The notes under the pieces are model-generated. The model was given only the letters and a program-made list of their open reading frames with translations, was not told the DNA's origin and did not search any database. Position numbers and translations under genes: made by a program. Positions 18,545 through 26,981 of a DNA stretch of 32,000 nucleotides are shown piece by piece (the stretch's first letter is position 1; each line of letters begins with the position of its first letter). The stretch is taken from positions 17,533-49,532 of the forward strand of contig CAZPUN010000056.1 in assembly GCA_964589775.1 (NCBI GenBank). Direction: 5' to 3'. Source of the stretch: an uncultured archaeon. GTDB lineage: Archaea; Asgardarchaeota; Thorarchaeia; Thorarchaeales; CAZPUN01.

Positions 18545-19666
18545 ATGAGAGAAGTTCCATTTATTTATTCTGACAATCTGTTGAAATATTTGCTCTCGCC
18601 TAGTCACCCTTTTAATCCGAAAAGGTGGAAAATTGTTTATCAAATGTACAAATTCACAACTGAGGCATATCCCGACCTGCCTACGAAGCTCGTAGAGCCA
18701 CGAATAGCAAAGCGAGAAGAAATCGAGCTTGTACATGATCCTGCCTATGTTTCATTCGTAGAAGAGAAAAGCCGCCAAGGATTTGGATTTCTAGATTATG
18801 GAGATACGCCTGTATCATTCACACTATATGAAGGCGCGAGATATTCATATGGAGGTTCGCTAACTGCAGTAGACCTCATCAAAGAAGGTGCATCAATAGT
18901 TGTATCAATTGGTGGAGGGCTACATCATGCTCGTAGAGACCGAGCGGCGGGATTTTGTGTCTTTAACGATGTTGCAGGAGCAGCAAAATACGCACAGAAA
19001 TTGGGATTCAAAAAAGTAGCAATTGTTGACATTGATGCGCATCATGGAGATGGTACTCAATATATATTAGGATCTGACCCGACTACACTAAAAATTTCGT
19101 TCCATGAAAGTGGTAGGTATCTATATCCAGGAACAGGGTTTCCAGACGAGATTGGCATTGGTGATGGAAAGGGCTTCACAATTAATTTTCCATATCTGCC
19201 ATCTGCAACTGATAGTGATTTTATTCTCGCATTTGATAAAATTGTTCCTACGGCATTGCGAGAGTTCAAGCCGGACTTGATATTAGTTCAGAGTGGAGTT
19301 GATTCACACAAAAGGGATCCACTAACCCATGTTCAGTTCTCAAATAATGTACATATCCATGCGGCTTCACAACTGATTGACCTTGCAAAAAATCTTTCAG
19401 GAGGACGAATCGCCTTCTTGGGCGGAGGCGGCTATAATTATGAAGTAGTTTCTCGAACGTGGGTTTATTTCCTTGCTCTGGCGTCAGATTTCGAGATGGA
19501 AAAAGTTCCGAAGGATTGGGCAGGATATATCAGCAATTTTGGATTCGTGGCGAATGAAACATATCGGGATAAACAACCTCAGCCGACCAAGATTGCGCGA
19601 GCACATATTGAAACATTAAAAGAGCTAAAGGAGAATGTCCCGCTCCTATCCGAAATGGAAATTTAA
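18545..19666 (+). CDS. acuC: Zn-dependent histone deacetylase family protein (AcuC / class I HDAC-like)
   Basis: HPFNPKR, GDTP, GGGLHHA, GFCVFND, DIDAHHGDG, YPGTG, GVDSHKRDPL and GGGGY. ATG 18545 preferred over TTG 18527. Confidence 0.93.
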   Translation: MREVPFIYSDNLLKYLLSPSHPFNPKRWKIVYQMYKFTTEAYPDLPTKLVEPRIAKREEIELVHDPAYVSFVEEKSRQGFGFLDYGDTPVSFTLYEGARYSYGGSLTAVDLIKEGASIVVSIGGGLHHARRDRAAGFCVFNDVAGAAKYAQKLGFKKVAIVDIDAHHGDGTQYILGSDPTTLKISFHESGRYLYPGTGFPDEIGIGDGKGFTINFPYLPSATDSDFILAFDKIVPTALREFKPDLILVQSGVDSHKRDPLTHVQFSNNVHIHAASQLIDLAKNLSGGRIAFLGGGGYNYEVVSRTWVYFLALASDFEMEKVPKDWAGYISNFGFVANETYRDKQPQPTKIARAHIETLKELKENVPLLSEMEI

Positions 19667-19702
19667 TGGGACATTCTTATTTTTATTTTCTCTTGATCCT
19701 TT

Positions 19703-21013
19703 TTATATTCCGAGCATTATTGTAATAAACAAATATATACTCGATACGGTCATGTAGATAAAGCCCATTGCAACACCAGCTTTTGCCCATTCCTTAAATG
19801 TAATCGTGGCTCCAGCTCGTTTTGCCATGTTAAATGCGATTATGGTGCTAGGACTGCCAAAGTGAGTGAAGACTGCACCCAAATTCGCTGCAAGAATCAA
19901 TGCTCGCCAATATGAGAATGCTGAAAATCCAGTCTGAGCAATCAAATCTTCGATGACTGGAACCATCATTGTGGCAAGCGTTATATCATCTACGATGGAA
20001 GAAGTTATTCCCATGATCCAGAGGGTAGAAATGACTGAGAAGACTTCATTTCCACTGGCAAGTGAAACAAGAATATCCGCCAATATAGAGAGAGCTCCAA
20101 CATGTATCAATCCTTCGACCATTACGAATAGGCCCATGAAGAAGAATATACTCGCCCATTCTACCTTATGAAGCACATGTTCAGGGTCTACACCACTGAG
20201 TACAAGCATAAGAATTGCTCCGACAATGGACACTGCATCCAAATAAGGTATTGTCACAAATCCAATTATGATGAGTGTAAATAGAATCGTAGTGCGATAA
20301 AACAATGATTTATCGGTGACTACTGAGCTCTCATCAAAGAGCATAATCCGTTTTAGGTTCTCTTCCTTGATTTCACCAAGACTATTACGATATAAGAATG
20401 CCAGATAACCAGCGGTAATCGCAATCATAACGAAGCCGATAGGGGCAAACATTACAAAGTAATCTGAAAACGTGAGATTTGCAGCCTCTCCAACCAACAA
20501 GTTGGGAACAGCACTGACCAATAATGGAATTCCACCAGCTTTTGTAGCTACGGCTTCAGACACCAGAAACGGCACAGGGTCCAAATCAAGAGACCTGCAG
20601 GTGGTTAATGTCAAGACACCAATGATCAACAGAGCCGTAATATTCTCGAGTAGACTGGATAATACAGCAGTAAGCACCGTGAACATCATGAGCAATTTCA
20701 TTGGCGAACTCGCAAATGCCTTCACAGCTTTAATCGTAATATATTGGAATAGTCCCGAAGTTTTTACAACTTCTACAGTTATCATCATACCCAGTATAAC
20801 TGCAATAACGGATAGGTCGATCCACGGACTTGCCTCTCCTACACCTATAATTACGTCAAATGTCAGCCCATCAGTGATCGCAAGATACATGAACATCAAA
20901 GCAGCTCCTGAAAGAGCAGCCACAGTTTTATGAATTGTTTCAGTCGCTATGAGTATGATTGACATAGTAAATATTAATACCGTTATTATAACCTGTGCCG
21001 TCATTTTTATCAC
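19703..21013 (-). CDS. ArsB/NhaD (IT superfamily, P-protein/SLC13-like) transporter, copy 1
   Basis: Multi-TM protein with ILGMMITV...SGLFQY, LSSLLENIT, VEWASIFFFMGLFVMVEGL and ITFKEW. Confidence 0.88.
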   Translation of the reverse strand: MIKMTAQVIITVLIFTMSIILIATETIHKTVAALSGAALMFMYLAITDGLTFDVIIGVGEASPWIDLSVIAVILGMMITVEVVKTSGLFQYITIKAVKAFASSPMKLLMMFTVLTAVLSSLLENITALLIIGVLTLTTCRSLDLDPVPFLVSEAVATKAGGIPLLVSAVPNLLVGEAANLTFSDYFVMFAPIGFVMIAITAGYLAFLYRNSLGEIKEENLKRIMLFDESSVVTDKSLFYRTTILFTLIIIGFVTIPYLDAVSIVGAILMLVLSGVDPEHVLHKVEWASIFFFMGLFVMVEGLIHVGALSILADILVSLASGNEVFSVISTLWIMGITSSIVDDITLATMMVPVIEDLIAQTGFSAFSYWRALILAANLGAVFTHFGSPSTIIAFNMAKRAGATITFKEWAKAGVAMGFIYMTVSSIYLFITIMLGI

Positions 21014-21138
21014 GCCCCTTCGACCTTTTTTTTAATAATAGCCTAATTTCAACTGAGTAGAGTTCATATACTCGAAATATTGAACAAAATTATTGCTTCT
21101 TGCTTATAATAAGAAAATATATTAAAAAATATTATGAA

Positions 21139-22437
21139 TTAGCCAAGCATTATCAAAATAGCAACGTATATACTCGAAATTACAAGGTAAATTATACCCA
21201 TAGATATTCCCGCACGTGCCCATTCCTTGAATGAAATCGGAGTTCCTGCTCGCTCCGCCATACCGAATGCTACAATCGTACTCGGGCTGCCGAATGTGGT
21301 AAATACCGCACCAAGATTTGTACCAAGTATTAAAGCGGTCCAGAAGGGCATTGAGGAGAATCCTGTTTGTATGATCATATCATTAATTACAGGAACCATC
21401 ATAGTCGCAAGAGCAATGTCATTAATTATGGATGAGGTCACACCTACAATCCAAAGTGTTGAAATTACAGAAAGCATTTGGTTTCCTCTACCGATCATAA
21501 TCATTAATTCTGCGAGTAGTTCAAGAGCACCGGAATAGATCAATCCCTCAACCATTATAAACAAACCAATGAAGAAGAAAATACTATCCCATTCGATCTT
21601 TTTAAGGACATGCTCGGGTTCTGAACCACTTAAAATTATCATCATAATGGCACCGATTATCGCTACGGCGTCTAATTGCGGTATAGTTACAAAGCCAATG
21701 ATAATGACTACAAACAAAATGGATGTTCTATAGAACAATTTCTTATCTGCAACAACAGAACTTTCATCAAAGAGCATAATCCGTTTTAGATTCTCTTCCT
21801 TGATTTCGCCGAGCTTTCCTTTATAGATGAAACTCAGATATAATGCAGTTATGAAAATCATAAAGAAACCAATGGGTGCAAATTGAATAAAATATTCAGC
21901 AAACGTGAGATTTGCTGCCTTGCCCACAAGCAGGTTTGCTACTGCACTGACCAATAATGGAATACCGCCAGCCTTAGTAGCAATAGCTTCAGACACCAGA
22001 AACGGCACAGGGTTCAGGTCTAGTGAGCGGCATGTCGTTAGTGTAAGAACACCTATGATTAATAATGCAGTAATATTCTCAAGAAGACTAGATAAAATTG
22101 CGGTCAGCACCGTGAACATCATGAGCAATTTCATCGGCGAACTCGCAAATGCTTTCACAGCTTTAATCGTAATATATTGAAAGAGTCCGGATGTCTTAAC
22201 AACTTCTACGGTAATCATCATTCCAAGGATAACCGTGATAACAGACATATCGATCCATGGACTGCTTTCACCAACACCTAATATCTGTTCAAAAGAAATA
22301 CCCTCAGTCTGGGCGAGATATATAAACATTAAAGATGCTCCGCCTAGTGATGCGATGGTCTTATTAACTAGTTCGGTTGCTATTAGTAATATTGAGACTC
22401 CAAAGATCAATACGACAATTAATATTTCGGCGGACAT
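21139..22437 (-). CDS. ArsB/NhaD (IT superfamily) transporter, copy 2 (tandem paralog)
   Basis: Same motifs as copy 1 and colinear with it. Several near-identical DNA blocks at offset 1433. Confidence 0.88.
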   Translation of the reverse strand: MSAEILIVVLIFGVSILLIATELVNKTIASLGGASLMFIYLAQTEGISFEQILGVGESSPWIDMSVITVILGMMITVEVVKTSGLFQYITIKAVKAFASSPMKLLMMFTVLTAILSSLLENITALLIIGVLTLTTCRSLDLNPVPFLVSEAIATKAGGIPLLVSAVANLLVGKAANLTFAEYFIQFAPIGFFMIFITALYLSFIYKGKLGEIKEENLKRIMLFDESSVVADKKLFYRTSILFVVIIIGFVTIPQLDAVAIIGAIMMIILSGSEPEHVLKKIEWDSIFFFIGLFIMVEGLIYSGALELLAELMIMIGRGNQMLSVISTLWIVGVTSSIINDIALATMMVPVINDMIIQTGFSSMPFWTALILGTNLGAVFTTFGSPSTIVAFGMAERAGTPISFKEWARAGISMGIIYLVISSIYVAILIMLG

Positions 22438-22629
22438 CTTGATTCATCAACTCTTATCAATTCAATACACATTTTTATTTATCAATTTATTTATTTTAAT
22501 ACTATATTTTCAAAACGGACATAAAACCATATTGGTTAATTTTTAGTTCTTAAATCTTTATCATTTATAAGGAAATAAAACATATTTCCAAATAGAATAT
22601 TTCAAAATTTAAACGAATGGTGATTATTA

Positions 22630-23298
22630 TTGACACTAAGTACATGTCTGGTCGATTTGCATGGTACGCTTGTATATTTGAAGAATCCAATAGATTACCT
22701 TGCAATTTCCGACCATCTATTAAAAAATGGTTATGAAGTTTATCCGCAAGAGCTTGAGGCTGCGCTTAATTTTGTCAAAATTATAGATTATCCAAGATTG
22801 GACCTTAAAGATTGGACAAGCTATCTACGTAAAGCATTATGGAGATTAAATGTAATAATTGATGATGAAACACTAAACGATATCGTAGAGAAAATCAAAC
22901 CGGAATTTGAGCTGTATGATGATGCAGCAGAATTTCTTAAAAAAATTAAAGATGCCGAATTCAAAATCGGCGTCGTGACAACTATTGCAGAATTTAGATT
23001 CACAGACACGATTTCACCTGTTAAAGAATTCATCGATGGCGTTTTTACTGGAAGTTCGTGCAAATGTGACAAATCAAATCCGAAATTGTATTTACATGCA
23101 TTAAAAGAATTAGGTTCAAAACCAGAACAAGCCGTGATAATCGGAGATGAACCACTCGTAGATATTTATATACCTCATCGACTTGGATTGAAAACCGTTC
23201 TCTTAAATAGAAATGGAGACCTCCCTGAGATCCGAGAGGCTGACGGCATCGTACGCGACTTAAGAGAAGGCGCAGAACTAATAATAAAAATAAGATAG
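22630..23298 (+). CDS. HAD-superfamily hydrolase
   Basis: Motif I variant DLHGTL, motif II VVTT, motif III K in DKSNPKLY, motif IV IGDEPLVD. GGTGA RBS before TTG. Confidence 0.88.
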   Translation: MTLSTCLVDLHGTLVYLKNPIDYLAISDHLLKNGYEVYPQELEAALNFVKIIDYPRLDLKDWTSYLRKALWRLNVIIDDETLNDIVEKIKPEFELYDDAAEFLKKIKDAEFKIGVVTTIAEFRFTDTISPVKEFIDGVFTGSSCKCDKSNPKLYLHALKELGSKPEQAVIIGDEPLVDIYIPHRLGLKTVLLNRNGDLPEIREADGIVRDLREGAELIIKIR

Positions 23299-23311
23299 AA
23301 GAGAGGATTAT

Positions 23312-23935
23312 CTATTCTTCTGTCAAAATCACTCTAGCAGGAGCTCCATCTCCGTTTCGGATTTTTAGCGGTAAGCCAATAAATGAATATATGCCTTCGC
23401 CCACGCTTTCTAAATCGAGTACTTCGAAAATAGGAATTCCTGCAGAAAGCAAGATCTTATGAACCGTGAGATCGCCATCGTAAGGCTCAATCGAAAGCCC
23501 ATCAATTCCTACTGCTTTGATGCCACATTTGACTAAATATTCTGCGGCTTCCTTTGTAAGTGCAATATACTCCTTTCTGAAAATTCCAGACTTTAGATAA
23601 TTTATTTCGCCCGTCTTTAATAGGATAATTTCATCTTGAGCTGGACTGTACTTTTCTAGGTCCGCCTTGGTGATATGAGTCGATTTTTCAAATTTGAGAA
23701 CGCGAGCCCGTCCGATTAATCGTTCTAAAGGAACACCCGTAACGTCTGTACCGTTCAGCAAAACATGTTTTGGAGCATCCATGTGAGTCGAAGTGTGTGT
23801 GGTTATTCTTAATCGCAATAGTGAGTAGGAATCCTTTTCAATTGTACGATATTGCTCAAATTCAGGACGTGGATCTCCAGGATAAACGAGTGTATCCTCA
23901 GAAAGTTCAACGGAAATGTCTATTATGGATTTCAT
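23312..23935 (-). CDS. Cyclase family protein / kynurenine formamidase-like
   Basis: YPGDP, HTSTHMDAPKH, VGIDGLSIE, HKILL and LPLKI..GDGAPARV. Confidence 0.92.
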   Translation of the reverse strand: MKSIIDISVELSEDTLVYPGDPRPEFEQYRTIEKDSYSLLRLRITTHTSTHMDAPKHVLLNGTDVTGVPLERLIGRARVLKFEKSTHITKADLEKYSPAQDEIILLKTGEINYLKSGIFRKEYIALTKEAAEYLVKCGIKAVGIDGLSIEPYDGDLTVHKILLSAGIPIFEVLDLESVGEGIYSFIGLPLKIRNGDGAPARVILTEE

Positions 23936-24112
23936 ATGTAGAGTATATTTCTGAAGATATATTAATGTTCATAAATGTATGAAAAATCATTTTCGGCATC
24001 TTAGCCATTTGAAAAATTAAAGCGCAATGTCATTTTTCAAAAGATTCCTCATATTATTTTTGTGTATTATCAATAATTCTTTTAAGCAAAATAACGTTGT
24101 TATATCCGACTG

Positions 24113-25207
24113 GTGATTCCTTTGAATCAACGAATTGTCCTACTGGCAAACAAAATCTACAACGAAAAATTATTGCTAATATTGACAATATTACTAGTGA
24201 TTACGTCTATGGCTCTACAGAGAATCCCCAACTATTCATATAATGATGCTCATGTCCTTTTTGTCCTGTTAGTTTTTCTCGTCATAATAAAGGGACTTGA
24301 GAAAAATGGATTCATATCGTTCATATCCACAAGATTCGAACACGGCGGCTATATCACATTAAAATTGATCATTCTTACAGCGATCCTATCAATGTTCATC
24401 ACAAATGATATCGCATTGCTCTCTATCGTGCCATTCACTCTGTCTTTAAATATCGATAATAAAATGGATGTCATAATAGTAGAAACTCTCGTGGCTAACG
24501 GGGCTTCCGCTCTAACACCATTTGGAAATCCACAAAACCTGTTCATATATTTCTATTACCATATTAACTTCTACGACTTTGTCATAACAATGTTCCCATT
24601 ATTGGTATTCACACTCAGCGTTGCAATTATCATGCTACGAAAATCCTTGAAACTAAAAGGCAAAGAACCAAAATATAAACCATATATTAAAGAAAAAAGA
24701 GAATCCGCCCTCTATGTTGCTTTCTTCATAATGTTCATACTCTCTGTCCTTGACCTCCTGCCATTATATATCGGAATAATTCCCCTTGCATATGCTCTTA
24801 TCTTCGATAGAGAAGCATTACACGTCGACTATGCACTCTTGCTTATCTTCATCGCATTTTTTGGCCTCACAGATAATATAATATTCGTTTTAGAAATAAA
24901 ACTCGAATCATCATTGCTCGTCTTCCTTGCTTCTGCTTTAACTAGTCAAGCAATTAGTAATGTACCCTCGGCACTCCTGTTCGTCGATTTCACAAACAAT
25001 TGGAAAGCACTCCTGTGGGGCGTGAGCGTTGGTGGCTTCGGAAACCTAATAGCGTCTCTCGCAAACCTGATCTCTTATCGCCTATATGTACGCAAATTAG
25101 ATAACCGTAGGGAATACTTGATAAAATTCCACAAAATAGGTTATACCGTACTTGTACTCGCAATATTGCTGTTCTACATTCTATTCTCCATTTTTCCAAT
25201 TTTCTAA
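24113..25207 (+). CDS. YbiR-like ArsB/NhaD/SLC13 anion permease
   Basis: SMFITNDIAL, ANGASALTPFGNPQNLFIY, VDYALL, SQAISNVP and GGFGNLIASLANLI. The true start may be TTG 24122, which follows a GGTGA RBS. Confidence 0.88.
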   Translation: MIPLNQRIVLLANKIYNEKLLLILTILLVITSMALQRIPNYSYNDAHVLFVLLVFLVIIKGLEKNGFISFISTRFEHGGYITLKLIILTAILSMFITNDIALLSIVPFTLSLNIDNKMDVIIVETLVANGASALTPFGNPQNLFIYFYYHINFYDFVITMFPLLVFTLSVAIIMLRKSLKLKGKEPKYKPYIKEKRESALYVAFFIMFILSVLDLLPLYIGIIPLAYALIFDREALHVDYALLLIFIAFFGLTDNIIFVLEIKLESSLLVFLASALTSQAISNVPSALLFVDFTNNWKALLWGVSVGGFGNLIASLANLISYRLYVRKLDNRREYLIKFHKIGYTVLVLAILLFYILFSIFPIF

Positions 25208-25355
25208 ATCCACTTTATTCCTCAATTCTTCATGTGATCCAAAAATTCTTTTATTAAAATCAATAATTCTTCTTAATTGTCCAAAAGACCAATAATTCAT
25301 TATTAAAAGAAGGAAAGAAAATTCCATTGTTTTTTATTTTTAAATTAACACAGTT

Positions 25356-25372
25356 TAGAAAGACTTATATAT
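25356..25372 (+). promoter_or_regulatory. BRE + TATA box candidate for the ArsR-like operon
   Basis: agaaaga-cttatata in the intergenic region upstream of the ArsR-like gene. Confidence 0.4.
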
Positions 25373-25445
25373 TTTTGTAGTATAACTACAATATAATGTA
25401 GAAAATATGCATATATTGTTCTACTTGTACATGAAGGTGTATATA

Positions 25446-26213
25446 ATGGATGACGAACTGAAAAAATTACGGGAAGAAATTGAAAAAATGCGAAAGGAAA
25501 TCGAAGAACTAAGGCAGGAAAGACAGCAGGGCCGCGAGCGTCCCCCCAAGACGATTCCACGTCGAATTCCACGTCATCGGATGAACATTGACGAAGATGA
25601 CATTGGACTGGATCCTGATTGGGGAGAAGCTCTACGTGAGTCGATCATGGAGACGATTCGGGCAGCATTTGATGGTATGAATAGAGCAATTTCGATGCAA
25701 ATTCGCGGTCCTCCGGTACGGATTAGTGCTCGAGGCATTCCCAGACCGCCGCCTCCCCCAGGACCTGTTGAGGATCGTATACCTCGAAGGATTGTTCGAG
25801 TGTCACCTACGGAACTTGTAAAAGTGATAGCACCGTTAGCTAGTCCTGAGCGATTGAAGATTTTGCTAACCTTGGATAAATATTCATTAGGTTTTTCAGA
25901 GATAAGCGAAGAGACAGGATTGAAGGGTGGCCAGCTTAAACTTCATTTAGATAAATTACTAGAGATCGGATACATAATTCAGGAGCGAGTGAGAGGCAGA
26001 TATTTAGTATCGATGAATGGACGATTAGCTCTGAGATTAGTTTCAATGCTATATCGGAGTGTAGTTTCTGCAGGATTCTTAGAGGACACAGAGGGAAAAA
26101 TTAAGGAAGAAGAGTCAAATATTGAAGGCGACATGCAAGAAGGGATAAATGTGGATATTGATACGCCAGACGAAGAACATGAAGGGGATAATTATGATAC
26201 AGGAGTTGATTAA
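25446..26213 (+). CDS. ArsR-type winged-helix regulator with N-terminal coiled coil and polyproline linker
   Basis: PLASPERLKILLTL...FSEISEETGLKGGQLKLHLDKLLEIGYI.....GRY. Start moved to ATG 25446, after an AGGTG RBS. Confidence 0.85.
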   Translation: MDDELKKLREEIEKMRKEIEELRQERQQGRERPPKTIPRRIPRHRMNIDEDDIGLDPDWGEALRESIMETIRAAFDGMNRAISMQIRGPPVRISARGIPRPPPPPGPVEDRIPRRIVRVSPTELVKVIAPLASPERLKILLTLDKYSLGFSEISEETGLKGGQLKLHLDKLLEIGYIIQERVRGRYLVSMNGRLALRLVSMLYRSVVSAGFLEDTEGKIKEEESNIEGDMQEGINVDIDTPDEEHEGDNYDTGVD

Positions 26214-26214
26214 C

Positions 26215-26817
26215 ATGGTGCAGCTAGAGATCTCTGAAATTCAGGTAAGCCCAGAGATATTCGAACTATCTGAAAATGTCGAATGGATGAACATGAATTC
26301 AAAGGTTATTATCGAAAAGGGCACAGTGTGGTCACCGCTCATTGTAGATGGAACACAGGTAGGTATTGCATATAGTGGAAAAATTGATTTCATAATTGAT
26401 GCAATAATTGAGACCATAGATGGCGCGATAGGTTCAACGATCGATGACACACTTGAAGGGCTAGGAATCGCTATTGGAAGCTTGGACCAAATTAAAGAGC
26501 GGTCTAAGAAACTGATAGAAAAATCCGAATACACAATGGCATTTGAAACGATGCTCGAACTATTACAGGAAAAGAAATCCACAATCGATATAAACTTCGA
26601 CGATCCGTTTCATTTCTCAGTGATTGATAGACAGATGAAGCATATCTTCGCATCAACAAGAGTTTCTACGGTGTACATTAAGCACAGGCAAGTACTAACA
26701 CTCACAAAAACAAAAATGACACGAATTTCCGAAGATGGCATCCTTATTGCAAAACGATATGGCAAGATAATTCGAATCCAAAAGCGTATGGTTCCATGGC
26801 ATTTACAATATCTCTAA
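26215..26817 (+). CDS. Hypothetical beta-rich protein, translationally coupled to the regulator
   Basis: Open frame. ATG 26215 follows an AGGAG RBS and lies 1 nt after the regulator's stop. No motif recognised. Confidence 0.65.
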   Translation: MVQLEISEIQVSPEIFELSENVEWMNMNSKVIIEKGTVWSPLIVDGTQVGIAYSGKIDFIIDAIIETIDGAIGSTIDDTLEGLGIAIGSLDQIKERSKKLIEKSEYTMAFETMLELLQEKKSTIDINFDDPFHFSVIDRQMKHIFASTRVSTVYIKHRQVLTLTKTKMTRISEDGILIAKRYGKIIRIQKRMVPWHLQYL

Positions 26818-26871
26818 ACAAAAGATAACCTAATTTTTTAATTTTTATTTTTAATTGTAATTGCTTTAATT

Positions 26872-26921
26872 CTGACATACTCTCACGACTGAAGATAGTA
26901 GGCTTTCTGCCCATGTCTTTC
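26872..26921 (-). mobile_element. Degenerate IS200/IS605-type miniature element (PATE-like single hairpin)
   Basis: Minus strand reads TTAC|GAAAGACATGGGCAG AAAG CCTACTATC-TTCA-GTCGTGAG AGTATGTCAG: TTAC target, AAAG guide at +16..+19, a decayed CCCACGAC-TTCA-GTCGTGGG hairpin, and a 10-nt tail ending TCAG. Confidence 0.65.
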
Positions 26922-26981
26922 GTAAAAGGAAAAAATAAGAAATATTGATTTTTTTAAAAATAAAAAAGGAAAATCGATGAC

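Noticed and set aside
26780-26830. Possible frameshift or truncation at the end of the hypothetical gene 26215..26817
   Set aside because: No plausible continuation in other frames, and a T-rich terminator-like tract follows. It cannot be judged without homologs.
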